NCBI GenBank assembly: GCA_963840185.1
Contig: CAWIXY010000001.1
Span: forward strand, 388,808-452,807
From: an uncultured Actinomycetes bacterium
Lineage (GTDB): Bacteria > Actinomycetota > Thermoleophilia > Solirubrobacterales > Solirubrobacteraceae
Length of the DNA: 64,000 nucleotides
Direction: 5' to 3'
Below, piece after piece: positions 40,600 to 53,288 of this stretch (position 1 is its first letter; each line of letters starts with the position of its first letter). The position numbers and the translations under genes are program-made. Under the pieces are notes generated by a model. The model saw only the letters and a program-made list of their open reading frames with translations, did no database searches and was not told the origin of the DNA.

Positions 40600-42151
40600 A
40601 TGAGACGCCTTCTGCTGTTCGCGCTGGCGGCGGCCGCCGCGTTCCCCGCCGCAGCGTCTGCCGCCGACAAGCCCGCGCCCCTGCCCGAGGGCGCGGCCAT
40701 CTCCGACAGCCTCGAGTACCGGGGGCGGGTGGAGAGCCCCGGCCTCGTCGAGGGCAAGTTCGACAGGGTCTTGGGCCGCAGCATCCTCATCACGACCGGC
40801 CGGTTCGGCTTTCGCACCTACGACGTGAGCGACCCGGACGAGCCGAGGCTGCTCGACACCTTCCAGCCGCCCGAGATCCTCGGGGAGAACGGCTACTGGC
40901 AGGACGAGGACATGGACATCGACACGCGCCGCAAGCTGATCATCGGCGCGCTCGACCCGCGCCACGACGACGTCCGCCAGGACCTGTGCCCCGGGATCGG
41001 CAACGATCTGCCCGGCGATCCGCCCGTGAGCAAGACGCGCCCGGAGGGCTGCAGGAGCGGCTTCTACGTCATCTCCTACGCCAACCCGCGCAACCTGAGG
41101 CAGGTCGGTGACCTCGTCGAGCTGCCCGCCGGTCACACGGCGACGTGCATCGATCGCTGCAACTTCGTGTGGACGGGCGGGCCCGCCCGGCGCGACGACC
41201 TCGCCTTTCTCGGACCGTTCACGCCGGGAGGCCGCGGCGACGGGCGGCCGATCTGGGTAACCGACCTGCGCAACCCGTCGAAGCCGAAGGTCTTCGGCAA
41301 CCCCATCGACCTGTGGCGCAACGACCAGGTGACGGATTACTCGCACGACGTCCAGGTCGACGACGAGGGCATCGCGTGGGTCAGCGGCCGTGGCGGCATC
41401 CGTGGCTACACGACGGAGGGCCGCCACCGCGATCCGTTCACGAACCTGGTGCGCGACGCGCACCCGTGGGACCCGATCCTCGTCGCCGGCGGCGGCGTGA
41501 GCGGCGTGAACCATCCCGAGACGATGTTCATGCACAACTCGTGGCGGCCCACGGACGGCAGCGTCCGGGCGGAGGGCGTGTCGACGGGCAACATCCTGAT
41601 CGGCACCGAGGAGGACTTCGACGGCACCTGCGATCAGATGGGGCGCCTCGTGCTGTCCGACACCACGGACTCGGCGGGCGGCGAGCCGGCGGTGAACTCC
41701 ACGCCGGCGGCGCCGTACCGCATGAAGGCGCTGGACACCTTCCATCCGGCGCAGGACACGCCGGAGACGGCGGTGGACGAGCACGGAGTGCTCCGCGCAC
41801 TACTTCGAGCTGCGCAAGTCGACGCTGGCTCAGGCCTGGTACGCACAGGGCCTGCGCGTGATCGACGTGTCGGACGCGCGCGACGTGCGCCAGGTCGGCT
41901 ACTTCCGTGTCGCCACCGGCAGCGCCGAGAGCGACTCGCTCTCCTGGGACGTCGCGTGGCGCGGCAACCGCATCTACCTGTTCGACATGAACAGGGGGAT
42001 CGAGATCCTGCGGCTCAAGCGCGGGGCGCACGCGTCGGCGCGCATGCGGTCGGTCGCGGCGCCGAGGCTGCGCAAGGCCGCCGACTACAGGGCGGTGTCC
42101 AGCCTCGAGTCCCGCGACCTGGTGTGCCCGCTGTTCGAGCGCCCCTCCTGA
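40600..42151 (+). pseudogene. Secreted LVIVD-repeat beta-propeller protein, 1 frame break
   Basis: It has a signal peptide and repeats of the type FRTYDVSDPDEPRLL and GLRVIDVSDARDVRQVGYF. The break is at 41787. Removing the 'a' in cacgg[a]gtgctcc restores DEHGCSAHYFELRKSTLAQAWYAQGLRVIDVSD. Confidence 0.75.
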
Positions 42152-42176
42152 TCGGATCCAGGCTCCGGCGCGCGCC

Positions 42177-43028
42177 TCACTCGGGGCGCGCGCCGGAGCC
42201 CTCGGCGCGGGCGATCGCGGCGCGCACGTGCCGGTCGCCCAGCAGCCGGCGGTCGAAGGCGGGTGACAGCCCGCGCAGGGCCAGCACCGGCACCACCCAC
42301 CCCGGCACGACGACCCGCGCCCTGCGGCCCTCGATCCCGCGCACGATCGCCTCGCCGGCGCGGCCCACGGGCACGGGCCGGCGCAGCGCCTCGGGCAGCG
42401 AGGGCATGAGCTCCTGGATGACCGGTCGCGCGAAGGCCTCGCGCACCATCGCGGTGTCGATGAAGCCGAAGTAGGCGACGCCGGCGCTGGCGCCGTGAGG
42501 GGCGAGCTCGACGCGCAGCGCCCGGCCCAGCGCCTCGACGGCGGCCTTGCTCACCGCGTAGGGCGCGGCCAGGACGCCGTTGACGGCGGCGTACACCGAG
42601 GCCACGAGGAGCACGTGCCCGCGACGGGCCACGACGTGCGGCAGTGCGGCCTTCGTCGTGTGCCAGACGCCCGCGAGGTTGATGGCCAGCACCCGGTCGA
42701 ACTCCTCCGGCGCCATCGCCAGCAGCGTCTGCGACGGCGGCGACACGCCCGCGTTGGCCACCACCACGTCGAGCCCGCCCAGGCGCTCCGCAGCCTCGGC
42801 GACGACCGCCTCCGTCGCCGCCCGGTCAGCGACGTCCGCGCCCAGCGCCAACGCGCGCGGGCCGAGCGCGGCGGCCTCGTGGGCGGCGAGCTCGCGGTCG
42901 CGATCGACCAGGGCGACCGCGCAGCCGCGGGCTGCCAGCCGCCGCGCGGTGTCCAGCCCGATCCCGCGGGCCGCGCCGGTCACGAGCGCCGTGCGGCCGG
43001 GAAGCTCGAGCTTCGCGCGCCGTGGCAC
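42177..43028 (-). CDS. Short-chain dehydrogenase/reductase (SDR)
   Basis: Intact 283 aa with TGAARGIG, NAG and the catalytic YAVSKAA. Confidence 0.9.
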   Translation of the reverse strand: MPRRAKLELPGRTALVTGAARGIGLDTARRLAARGCAVALVDRDRELAAHEAAALGPRALALGADVADRAATEAVVAEAAERLGGLDVVVANAGVSPPSQTLLAMAPEEFDRVLAINLAGVWHTTKAALPHVVARRGHVLLVASVYAAVNGVLAAPYAVSKAAVEALGRALRVELAPHGASAGVAYFGFIDTAMVREAFARPVIQELMPSLPEALRRPVPVGRAGEAIVRGIEGRRARVVVPGWVVPVLALRGLSPAFDRRLLGDRHVRAAIARAEGSGARPE

Positions 43029-43031
43029 CGG

Positions 43032-43631
43032 TCAGGCCGCGCGCCGCGTCGCGTGCTCGGCGTCCTGCGCGTGGCGGCGCATGAGCGGGCCGTGGTGGGC
43101 GTAGGTCGCCCGGACACCGCACAGCCGCGCGACCGGCGCAAGCACCGCGATCACCGCGCGCTGCACCCAACGCGGGGGTGAGCTGAACAGCACGACGTCG
43201 TCGAACTCGCGGGCCAGCACGGCGAGCTGCAGCAGGGAGGGCAGCCCGCGCGCGGAGACGCGGCCCTCCTGGGCAAGGCCGAAGAGCGTGACCATCATCT
43301 CCTCGAAGCGGGCCGCGGGCCACACCTCGACGAGCACGTGGGCCTCCTCGTCGCCCGGGTTCCAGTAGTCGTGGACGGTCCCGGGCGGGACGTCGACGAC
43401 CTCGCCGGGGCGCGCGTCGCGCTCGACGCCGTCGACCCTGACGCGGACCCACCCCTCGAGCACGGTCACGCGCTCGCGGACGTGGGGATGGACGTGCTCG
43501 TTGGCGATGGCGTGCGGGCCCACCCAGGTGTCGACCGCCAGGTAGCGCCCGCTGGTGTCCTCGCCCCCGACGCGGACGAGCACGCGCTCGCGGGTGACCG
43601 CGTTCTCGAAGAGATCGCCTGCGCGCGTCAT
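43032..43631 (-). CDS. Cupin domain protein
   Basis: ATG at 43631, in frame with the track ORF. It has the cupin motifs HVHPHVRERVTVLEG and VPPGTVHDYWN. Confidence 0.8.
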   Translation of the reverse strand: MTRAGDLFENAVTRERVLVRVGGEDTSGRYLAVDTWVGPHAIANEHVHPHVRERVTVLEGWVRVRVDGVERDARPGEVVDVPPGTVHDYWNPGDEEAHVLVEVWPAARFEEMMVTLFGLAQEGRVSARGLPSLLQLAVLAREFDDVVLFSSPPRWVQRAVIAVLAPVARLCGVRATYAHHGPLMRRHAQDAEHATRRAA

Positions 43632-43764
43632 GGCCGGCACGCTACGTCCGCACGCGGTCGGAGCGGGTGCGGCTACCCGGTCGGCGGGTGTAGTGTCGGC
43701 ACGACCCACCACTTCGCGGTCAAATGGGTTCGAGGTCCTCGACCGCAACGAAGGAGGGAGCAGC

Positions 43765-44245
43765 ATGCTCAGGAAGCTCATGGTCGGCGTCCTGGCCACC
43801 GTGCTCGTCGCGACCGGCGCCTCGATGGCCGTCGCCGGCTCCGGTGACGACGGCGACGACGACGGCGGCCAGACGATCCGCCTGGTGGCAAGGTAGCGTC
43901 CGGAGGCGGAGCTCGACCTCGGCGAGACCGGCTTCGGCGTCGGCGATCGCTTCGTCTTCTCCGACGACCTGTACCGGGACGACGAGAAGGTCGGCGAGGA
44001 CGGCGGCGAGTGCACGATCACGCGCGTCGTCGGCGAGACGTCGCGACGGCGCAACTGCGTCGCCACGCTCGTCGCTGCCCGGCGGTCAGATCACGGTGCA
44101 GGGCCTCGTCGACGTTCACCGACGAGAGCGAGCCGTTCACCGTCGCGGTCACCGGCGGGACGGGCCGTTACGCGAGGCCGACGGCGAGATGACCATCGAG
44201 ACCATCTCCGACACGGAGGACCGCTTCACGATCCGCCTGCGCTGA
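43765..44245 (+). pseudogene. Small secreted protein (dirigent/AOC-barrel-like family), one in-frame TAG plus at least 3 frame breaks
   Basis: A GAAGGAGGGAG box lies before ATG 43765. After the signal peptide the product reads ...QTIRLVAR*RPEAELDLGETGFGVGDRFVFSDDLYRDDEKVGEDGGECTI..CVATLV / LPGGQITVQGLVD / [20 protein letters not shown] / [22 protein letters not shown]. Confidence 0.55.
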
Positions 44246-44267
44246 CCCCTGACGACCGGCGGGGGAG

Positions 44268-45813
<1,546 letters not shown>

Positions 45814-48800
45814 CTACTCCCCGTCCCCGGTGCGCACGTGGGGCTCGCCGACGACATCGGCCGCCTCGCCGGCGAACTCGTCGGCGCGCGGGGCGTCGCC
45901 GTTGGCCGAGGGGGCGTTGGCGGCCTCCTGAGCCTCGAGCTCGGCCAGCACGCGCTTGTAGTCGGTCGGGAAGACCTTGACGAAGCTGCCCTCGAGCTCC
46001 TCCCAGTCCTCGAGCACGCGACGCGCCACCGGCGAGCCGGTCAGGCGCTCGTGCTCTGCCACGAGCTCGCGCACCTCGATCGCGTCGGCCTCGTCGAGCG
46101 GCTCGAGCTGGTCGAGCATCGCCGGGTTCACGCGCGCGCGGAAGGTGCCGGCCTCGTCGAGCACGAAGGCCAGCCCGCCGCTCATGCCCGCGGCGAAGTT
46201 GCGCCCGGTGGGGCCCAGCACGACGACGCGCCCGCCGGTCATGTACTCGCAGCCGTGGTCGCCGACGCCCTCGACGACCGCGTTCGCGCCCGAGTTGCGC
46301 ACGCCGAAGCGCTCGCCGGCCAGCCCACGGAAGAACGCCTTGCCGCTGGTGGCGCCGTAGAGCACCGTGTTGCCGACGATCACGTTGTGCTCGGCCGCGT
46401 AGGTGACGCCGTCGGGCGGCAGGGCCGCCAGCACGCCGCCGCTGAGCCCCTTGCCCGTGTAGTCGTTGGCGTCGCCGTGCAGGCGGAAGCTCACGCCCGG
46501 AGCCAGCCAGCCGCCGAAGCTCTGCCCCGCCGAGCCGGTCAGCTCCACGTGGATCGAGCCCTCGGGCAGGCCGTCGGCGCCCCGCTCGCGCGCGATGTGG
46601 CTGGAGAGCAGGCCGCCGACGCAACGGTTGACGTTGCGCACCTCGGTCTTGATCTCGACGCGCTCGCCGCGCTGGAGCGCGGGCTCGGCGCTGCGGATGA
46701 GCTCCCAGTCCAGCGCGTCCTCGAGCACCGCGGGCGGCGGGCCGAGGCGCCGCAGCGGCGTCCCCTCCGGCAGCTCCGGGCGGTGCAGGACGTGGGTCAG
46801 GTCGACGCCGCGCGCCTTCCAGTGCTCGACGGCGCGGTCGGCGACCAGCAGGTCGCTGCGCCCGATGAGCTCGTCGACCGTGCGCACGCCGAGCGAGGCC
46901 ATGATCCCGCGCAGCTCCTCGGCCACGAAGAAGAAGAAGTTCACGACGTGTTCCGGCTGGCCCTGGAAGCGCTTGCGCAGCTCGGGGTCCTGCGTCGCGA
47001 TGCCCACCGGGCACGTGTTGAGGTGGCAGGCGCGCATCATGATGCAGCCTGTCGCGATCAGCGGGGCGGTCGAGAAGCCGAACTCGTCGGCGCCGAGCAT
47101 CGCCGCGATCGCCACGTCGCGGCCCGTCTTGAGCTGGCCGTCGGTCTGCACGACGATGCGCGAGCGCAGGTCGTTGAGCAGCAGCGTCTGCTGGGTCTCG
47201 GCCAGGCCGATCTCCCACGGAACGCCCGCGCACTGGATGGAGCTCAGCGGCGACGCGCCGGTGCCGCCGTCGTGCCCTGAGATGAGCACGTGGTCGGCGT
47301 TGGCCTTGGCCACGCCGGCGGCCACGGTCCCCACCCCCACCTCGGCGACGAGCTTCACCGACACCTGCGCGCGCGGGTTGGCGCAGCGCAGGTCGTAGAT
47401 GAGCTGCTTGAGGTCCTCGATCGAGTAGATGTCGTGGTGCGGCGGCGGCGAGATCAGGCCGACGCCGGGGGTCGTGTGGCGCACCCAGCCGATGTACTTG
47501 TCGACCTTGTGGCCGGGGAGCTGGCCGCCCTCGCCGGGCTTGGCCCCCTGGGCCATCTTGATCTGCAGCTGGTCGGCGTTGACCAGGTAGTCGATCGTCA
47601 CCCCGAAGCGCCCTGAGGCCACCTGCTTGATGGCCGAGCGGCGGCTGTCGCCGTTGGGGTCGGGCGTGAAGCGCCGCGGGTCCTCCCCGCCCTCGCCCGT
47701 GTTCGAGCGCCCGCCGACGCGGTTCATGGCCACCGCGAGCGTCTCGTGGGCCTCGGTCGAGAGCGAGCCCAGCGACATCGCGCCGGTGGCGAACCTGCGC
47801 ACGATCTCCTTCGCCGGCTCCACCTCGTCGAGCGCCACGGGCTCGACGTCCTCGCGGAAGTCCAGCAGCCCGCGCAGCGTGGCCCGCCGCGCGGAGTCCT
47901 CGTTGACCATGCGCGCGTACTCGGCGTACTTCTCCTCGGCGCCCCCGTTCTGCGAGCGCACCGCGTGCTGCAGCAGCGCGATCGTCTCGGGGTTCCACAT
48001 GTGGTGCTCGCCGTCGCGGCGCCAGGCGTACACGCCGCCGACGGGCAGCAGGTCGTCGTGGGCGCCGGGCCAGGCCTGGGCGTGGCGGTCGAGCGTCTCG
48101 CGGCCCAGCACGTCGAGCCCGATGCCGCCGATCCGCGAGGCCGTGCCGGTGAAGTGGCGGTCGACGAGCTGCTGCTCGAGGCCGACGGCCTCGAAGATCT
48201 GCGCGCCGCAGTAGGACTGCACCGTCGAGATCCCCATCTTGGAGATCGTCTTGAGCAGGCCCTTGCCCAGCGCCTTGACGACCTTGCGCTCGGCCTCGTC
48301 AGGGTCGGCGCCGTCGCCCAGGCGACCCTCGCCCGCCAGCTCGGCGACGGTGTCGAGCATCAGGTAGGGGTTCACGGCGCTGGCGCCGTAGCCGATGAGC
48401 GTCGCGAAGTGGTGCACCTCGCGCGGCTCGCCCGACTCGAGGACGAGGCCGGCGCGCAGCCGCGTGCCCTCGCGCACGAGGTGGTGATGGACGGCCGCGA
48501 CGGCCAGCAGCGAGGGGATCGGCGCCCGCTCGGGGCCGGTGCGCCGGTCGGACAGGATGAGGATGTTGACGCCCGCGGCCAGCGCGTCGTGGGCCTGGTC
48601 GCAGACCGAGGCCAGGCGCGCCTGGAGCCCCTCGGGGCCGTCGGCCACGGGCCAGGTGGTGTCGATCGTGTGCGAGCGGAAGATGTCCGTGGAGACCTTG
48701 CGCAGGGTCTCCAGCTCGCCGTTGCGCAGGACCGGCTGGGACATCACGAGCTGGTGGGCGTGCTGGGGCGTCTCGGCCAGCAGGTTGCCCTCGGCCCCCA

Positions 48801-50418
48801 CGCCCGTGCCCAGCGACATCACCAGCGACTCGCGGATGGGGTCGATCGGCGGGTTGGTGACCTGCGCGAACAGCTGCTTGAAGTAGCTGAACAGCGGGGG
48901 CCGGCGGTCGGAGAAGACGGCGAGCGCCGCGTCGTTGCCCATGGAGCCGATCGGCTCCTCGCCGCGCTGGGCCATGGGCGCCATGAGCACGCGCAGGTCC
49001 TCCTGCGTGTAGCCGAAGGCGAGCTGGCGCCGGCGCGTGGGCAGGATGCCGGTCAGCGTCAGCTCGGCGCGCTCGAGGTCGTCGAAGTGCACGACGTGCT
49101 CGCGGTACCAGGCGTCGTAGGGCCGCCGGGTGGCGACCTCGCGCTTGATCTCGGCGTCGTCGACGATGCGGCCCTGCTCGAGGTCGACGAGGAACAGCTT
49201 GCCCGGGGCCAGCCGGCCGAGGCGCAGGACGTTGTCGGGCCGGATGCCGAGCATCCCCGCCTCGGAGCCGAGGATGACGTGGCCGTCCTTGGTCTCGACC
49301 CAGCGGCCCGGCCGCAGGCCGTTGCGGTCCAGCGTGGCGCCGACGACGCGCCCGTTGGTGAAGCACACCGCCGCGGGGCCGTCCCACGGCTCCATCAGGC
49401 ACGAGTGGAAGGCGTAGAAGCCCTTGAGCTCGTCGGAGAGGTCGTCGCGGTCCTGGTAGGCCTCCGGGATCATCATCATCACCGCGTGGGGCAGCGACCG
49501 CCCGGCGAGCATCAGCAGCTCGAGCACGTTGTCGAAGGTCGCGGAGTCCGACCCGCCCGGGCGCACGATCGGCATGACCTTCTGGAGGTCCAGGCCGAAG
49601 AGCTCGGAGGCGAGCTGGCTCTCGCGGGCGCGCATCCAGTTGACGTTGCCCATCAGCGTGTTGATCTCGCCGTTGTGGGCGATCACGCGGTAGGGGTGGG
49701 CCAGCTCCCAGCTCGGGAAGGTGTTGGTCGAGAAGCGCGAGTGCACGACGGCCATCGCGCTGGCGAAGCGCTCGTCCTGCAGGTCGGGGTAGAAGCCGCG
49801 CAGCTGGTGGGCGATCAGCATCCCCTTGTACACGCACGTGCGCGAGGAGAAGCTCGGCGCGTAGAAGTCGGGGCCCGCGGCCAGCTCGACGATGCGCCGG
49901 ATGACGTAGAGCTTGCGCTCGAAGGCGTCCTGGTCGTCCGCGAAGCCCGGGCCGGCCTCCACGAACAGCTGCCTGACGCAGGGGCGCGTGCGGTTGGCCG
50001 TGTCCCCGACGTGGGCCTCGGCGACGGGGACGTCGCGCCAGCCCAGGACGTGCTGGCCCTCGACGCGGACGTTCAGCTCGAGGAGCGCCTCGAGCTTGGC
50101 CCGCAGGACGGGGTCCTGGGGCAGGAAGCACACGCCCACGCCGTAGCGGCCCGGCTCGGGGAGCTCGAAGTCGACCGCGCCCTTCAGAAACACGTGGGGC
50201 AGCTGGACGAGGATGCCGGCGCCGTCGCCGGTGCGCACGTCGGCGCCCTCGGCGCCACGGTGCTCGAGATGCTCGACGGCCTCCAGCGCGCGGTCGACCA
50301 CCTCGTGCGTGGGCCGGTTGTCCAGACGCGCGACCATCGCGACGCCGCAGGCGTCGTGCTCGAATCGAGGGTCGTAGAGGCCCTCTGCCCGGGGAGGCTG
50401 GATCGCGTTCGTCGTCAT
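45814..50418 (-). CDS. gltB: Glutamate synthase large subunit
   Basis: ATG at 50418 ([26 protein letters not shown], with the Ntn Cys). The ORF is intact and about 1534 aa. It contains the amidotransferase, central, FMN/3Fe-4S ([22 protein letters not shown]) and GXGXG domains. Confidence 0.95.
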   Translation of the reverse strand: MTTNAIQPPRAEGLYDPRFEHDACGVAMVARLDNRPTHEVVDRALEAVEHLEHRGAEGADVRTGDGAGILVQLPHVFLKGAVDFELPEPGRYGVGVCFLPQDPVLRAKLEALLELNVRVEGQHVLGWRDVPVAEAHVGDTANRTRPCVRQLFVEAGPGFADDQDAFERKLYVIRRIVELAAGPDFYAPSFSSRTCVYKGMLIAHQLRGFYPDLQDERFASAMAVVHSRFSTNTFPSWELAHPYRVIAHNGEINTLMGNVNWMRARESQLASELFGLDLQKVMPIVRPGGSDSATFDNVLELLMLAGRSLPHAVMMMIPEAYQDRDDLSDELKGFYAFHSCLMEPWDGPAAVCFTNGRVVGATLDRNGLRPGRWVETKDGHVILGSEAGMLGIRPDNVLRLGRLAPGKLFLVDLEQGRIVDDAEIKREVATRRPYDAWYREHVVHFDDLERAELTLTGILPTRRRQLAFGYTQEDLRVLMAPMAQRGEEPIGSMGNDAALAVFSDRRPPLFSYFKQLFAQVTNPPIDPIRESLVMSLGTGVGAEGNLLAETPQHAHQLVMSQPVLRNGELETLRKVSTDIFRSHTIDTTWPVADGPEGLQARLASVCDQAHDALAAGVNILILSDRRTGPERAPIPSLLAVAAVHHHLVREGTRLRAGLVLESGEPREVHHFATLIGYGASAVNPYLMLDTVAELAGEGRLGDGADPDEAERKVVKALGKGLLKTISKMGISTVQSYCGAQIFEAVGLEQQLVDRHFTGTASRIGGIGLDVLGRETLDRHAQAWPGAHDDLLPVGGVYAWRRDGEHHMWNPETIALLQHAVRSQNGGAEEKYAEYARMVNEDSARRATLRGLLDFREDVEPVALDEVEPAKEIVRRFATGAMSLGSLSTEAHETLAVAMNRVGGRSNTGEGGEDPRRFTPDPNGDSRRSAIKQVASGRFGVTIDYLVNADQLQIKMAQGAKPGEGGQLPGHKVDKYIGWVRHTTPGVGLISPPPHHDIYSIEDLKQLIYDLRCANPRAQVSVKLVAEVGVGTVAAGVAKANADHVLISGHDGGTGASPLSSIQCAGVPWEIGLAETQQTLLLNDLRSRIVVQTDGQLKTGRDVAIAAMLGADEFGFSTAPLIATGCIMMRACHLNTCPVGIATQDPELRKRFQGQPEHVVNFFFFVAEELRGIMASLGVRTVDELIGRSDLLVADRAVEHWKARGVDLTHVLHRPELPEGTPLRRLGPPPAVLEDALDWELIRSAEPALQRGERVEIKTEVRNVNRCVGGLLSSHIARERGADGLPEGSIHVELTGSAGQSFGGWLAPGVSFRLHGDANDYTGKGLSGGVLAALPPDGVTYAAEHNVIVGNTVLYGATSGKAFFRGLAGERFGVRNSGANAVVEGVGDHGCEYMTGGRVVVLGPTGRNFAAGMSGGLAFVLDEAGTFRARVNPAMLDQLEPLDEADAIEVRELVAEHERLTGSPVARRVLEDWEELEGSFVKVFPTDYKRVLAELEAQEAANAPSANGDAPRADEFAGEAADVVGEPHVRTGDGE

Positions 50419-50548
50419 GTGGGCCCCGTTCGTCGGCGCGGGCAACCGGAGGTGGACGCGAAGCGTAGCGGACCCGGACGCGGATTCCGGCCCCACCCGC
50501 CACCTGACCGCCCTCGGTGAACGCCGCGTTTCTGGAAGTCTGCCCCTC

Positions 50549-51526
50549 ATGCGCGCCGCCCGAGAGGTCCTCGTCCTGGCCACGGGCGGCACGATCGCGA
50601 TGTCCGGCTCGCGGGCCGTGCCGGCCCTGGACGCCGATGCGCTCGTGGCCGCGGTCCCCGGCCTGGGCGAGGTGCCCGGCCTGCGCGCCCGTGAGCTCGG
50701 CGCGTCGCCCGGCGCCCACCTGACCCTCGACGCGGTCCTGCACATCGCCCGCGAGGCGGCCGCGGCGGCCCGGGAAGGCGTGGGCGTGGTCATCACGCAC
50801 GGCACCGACACGCTCGAGGAGACGGCGATGCTCTGCGACCTCGTGCTCGACGCCGAGGCGCCCGTGGTCCTCACCGGCGCGATCCGCCCGGGCTCGGCGG
50901 CCGGCGCGGACGGGCCGGCGAACCTGCTGGACGCCGTCGCGGTGGCCGCCGCGCCGGAGGCCGCGGGCTTCGGCGCGCTGGTGGTGTTCGGCGGCGAGGT
51001 CCACGCCGCGCGCCACGCGCGCAAGGTCGACTCGACGAGCCCCGTCGCCTTCGGCTCGCCCGCCGCCGGGCCGGTGGGGCGGGTGATCGAGGGCCGCCCC
51101 GCGCTCGAGCTGCGTCCCGTGCGCGGGCGCGAGGCGCTCGACGTGCGCCGCCTGGACTTCCGCGTGCCGATCCTGGCCACCGCGCTGGGCGACGACGGCT
51201 TGCCCCTCGACGCGGCGGTGCGCGACGGCGCCGACGGCGTCGTGCTGGCGACGCTCGGCGGGGGTCACGTCTCCCCGATGGTGCTCGCTCGCGTGCGTGC
51301 CGCCGTCGAGCGGGTGCCCGTCGTGCTCGCCGTGCGCCCGCAGCGCGGGGCGTTCCTGGCCGGCACGTACGGCTTCGAGGGCAACGAGGAGGATCTGCGG
51401 GCGACCGGCGCCCTGCCGGCCGGCGTGCTGTCCGCACAGGCCGCCCGCATGAAGCTCCTGGCCTGCCTCGGCGCAGGTCTGGAGGGCGCGCGACTGGCCG
51501 CCGCGTTCGGCGGCGACGCGCCGTGA
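50549..51526 (+). CDS. ansA: L-asparaginase (type I-like)
   Basis: ATG at 50549. It has [10 protein letters not shown] and [12 protein letters not shown]. The ORF is intact. Confidence 0.88.
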   Translation: MRAAREVLVLATGGTIAMSGSRAVPALDADALVAAVPGLGEVPGLRARELGASPGAHLTLDAVLHIAREAAAAAREGVGVVITHGTDTLEETAMLCDLVLDAEAPVVLTGAIRPGSAAGADGPANLLDAVAVAAAPEAAGFGALVVFGGEVHAARHARKVDSTSPVAFGSPAAGPVGRVIEGRPALELRPVRGREALDVRRLDFRVPILATALGDDGLPLDAAVRDGADGVVLATLGGGHVSPMVLARVRAAVERVPVVLAVRPQRGAFLAGTYGFEGNEEDLRATGALPAGVLSAQAARMKLLACLGAGLEGARLAAAFGGDAP

Positions 51527-51624
51527 TGCGCGCCGAGGCGATCCGCCGGGGACCGCGCGACTGAACAGCCCCCTCATCGGGCACAATGGCGCCGGGCCTT
51601 CCCCCACCGACCCGGGAGGGCCGC

Positions 51625-52068
51625 ATGTCCACACCGTTGGAGCACCGCGAGCCCGATCTCCTGCTGTCCCTGCCCGCACGAGCGGAGAACGTCGCGGTGG
51701 TCCGCCACGCCTTCGGTGGCCTGGGCGACGTCCTCGAGCTGCCCGAGCAGACGCTGTCGGACATCAAGCTGGCCGTCACCGAGGCCTGCACCAACGTGGT
51801 CGTGCACGCCTACCCCGACCGCGACGACGGGCCGCTCGGGGTGCAGGCGACCCTCGACGAGCGCACCCTGACGATCGTCGTGACAGACGAGGGCCGCGGC
51901 GTGCTCCCGCGGGCCGACAGCCCCGGCCTGGGCCTCGGCCTGCCCCTGATCGCGACGCTGGCCGAGTCGCTCGAGCTGGGCACGGGCGACAACCACCAGA
52001 CCGAGGTGCGCATGACCTTCGACCTCGACGGGGCCGCCGACCCCGGCGGCGAGTTCTCGGGACACTGA
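51625..52068 (+). CDS. Anti-sigma regulatory factor, RsbW/SpoIIAB-type Ser/Thr kinase
   Basis: A GGGAGGG box lies 4 nt before ATG 51625. An alternative ATG is at 51586. The N-box is LAVTEACTNVVVHAY and the G-box region is VTDEGRGV...GLGLGLPLI. Confidence 0.8.
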   Translation: MSTPLEHREPDLLLSLPARAENVAVVRHAFGGLGDVLELPEQTLSDIKLAVTEACTNVVVHAYPDRDDGPLGVQATLDERTLTIVVTDEGRGVLPRADSPGLGLGLPLIATLAESLELGTGDNHQTEVRMTFDLDGAADPGGEFSGH

Positions 52069-52457
52069 TGATGGCCGCGACCGCAAGCGCGACGATGGTC
52101 AGGGTCCGCAGCGGACCGCTGGCCGGCGCCGTCCTCGGTCGTGTCGTCGGGATGCTCGCCGCCCGGGCGCAGTGCCCGATCGACCGCCTCGACGACGCGC
52201 TGCTGGTCACCGACGCCGTCGCCGCGCATGCCCCTGCGCACAGCCGCGACCAGCACGTGCTGGTGATCGTCGAGGCCCAGGAGAGCGAGCTGGAGCTGCG
52301 CGTCCAGGGGCTGCGGCCCGACGGCGCCCAGGCGATGATCAGCGACGCCGAGCTGCCCGGCGTCGGCAACGTCTTCGAGCGGGTCGCCGACGAGGTCCGC
52401 CCGGACGCCGACGACGACGGCGACGAGCTGGTGCTGCGCCTGCGCTTCGCGGCGTGA
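52068..52457 (+). CDS. RsbW-like paralog lacking the ATP-binding Asn (putative pseudokinase)
   Basis: The ATG overlaps the upstream stop as ATGA. DRLDDALLVTDAVAAHAPAHSRDQHVLVIVEAQESELELRVQG aligns by eye with LSDIKLAVTEACTNVVVHAYPDRDDGPLGVQATLDERTLTIVVTD of the upstream kinase. TN is replaced by DA, and no DxGxG follows. Confidence 0.5.
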   Translation: MMAATASATMVRVRSGPLAGAVLGRVVGMLAARAQCPIDRLDDALLVTDAVAAHAPAHSRDQHVLVIVEAQESELELRVQGLRPDGAQAMISDAELPGVGNVFERVADEVRPDADDDGDELVLRLRFAA

Positions 52458-52912
52458 GCGACGCCGCGACCCAGGCCCTCACCTCGGGCTTCTCCGAGCT
52501 CACCCTCCAGGTCCGCGACCTCGAGGCGCTCGAGCGCTTCTACCGCGGGTCGTTCGGGCTGGAGGTGCTGGCCCGCGAGGACGATCGCGTGTGGCTGGCG
52601 GCGGGCGAGCGGGCGCGCCTGGGCCTGTGGCTGCCCGGCGAGAAGGAGTTCGGCGACGAGGGCGGTGCCCACGTGCACTTCGCGCTGGCGGCCACCCCGG
52701 GCCGCCTCGACAGGGTGTGCGAGCGCCTGGACAGACGCGGCGTCGGCTACCGCGGGCCGCTCGAGCACGACGGGGGCGATCGCTCGATCTACGTCGAGGA
52801 CCCCGAGGGCAACGTGGTCGAGGTGTGGGACTTCTTCGAGCGCGGCGATGGCCGCGCGCAGGGCGTGGACGCGCTGTCTGACGACGCCTCGGGCTCAACT
52901 GCGTCAAGCTAA
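52454..52912 (+). CDS. VOC (glyoxalase/bleomycin-resistance/dioxygenase) family protein
   Basis: The GTG overlaps the upstream stop as GTGA. It reads LTLQVRDLEALERFYRGSFGLEVL...GGAHVHFAL...DRSIYVEDPEGNVVEVW. Confidence 0.8.
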   Translation: MSDAATQALTSGFSELTLQVRDLEALERFYRGSFGLEVLAREDDRVWLAAGERARLGLWLPGEKEFGDEGGAHVHFALAATPGRLDRVCERLDRRGVGYRGPLEHDGGDRSIYVEDPEGNVVEVWDFFERGDGRAQGVDALSDDASGSTASS

Positions 52913-52919
52913 CGCCACG

Positions 52920-53288
52920 ATGCCTCCGCAGTTCTCGCTCCACGAGGAACACCTCGACGACCAGCGCCACGTCATCGCCGTGGCCGGAGAGATCGACCTC
53001 TTCACAGCCCCCGAGCTCAAGTCGGCCCTCGGCGCGGCGGTCGAGGGCGGCCGCACGCGGATCGTCGTCGACCTCACCGAGACCTCGTTCCTGGACTCGA
53101 CCGCCCTCGGCGTGCTGATCGGAGCGGTCAAGCGCCTGCGTACGCGCGACGGCGTCCTGACGATCGTCAACACCGACCGCAACATCGCCAAGACCTTCGA
53201 GATCACCGGGCTGGACCAGATCTTCACGATCCGCCCGACCCGCGGCGAGGCCATCGAGGCCCTCGACGCGGACGAGGCCACGGCCTAG
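52920..53288 (+). CDS. STAS-domain anti-sigma factor antagonist (RsbV/SpoIIAA-like)
   Basis: ATG at 52920. It reads VIAVAGEIDLFTAPELKSAL...RIVVDLTETSFLDSTALGVLIGAVKRL, with the phosphorylatable Ser in the DST context. Confidence 0.85.
   Translation: MPPQFSLHEEHLDDQRHVIAVAGEIDLFTAPELKSALGAAVEGGRTRIVVDLTETSFLDSTALGVLIGAVKRLRTRDGVLTIVNTDRNIAKTFEITGLDQIFTIRPTRGEAIEALDADEATA

Noticed and set aside
43715-43745. A tRNA-like T-arm sequence (gggttcgaggtcctcgacc).
   Set aside because: The upstream sequence cannot form acceptor, D and anticodon arms. The apparent stem has a loop of 1-2 nt. It lies in the 5' leader of the small secreted-protein gene.
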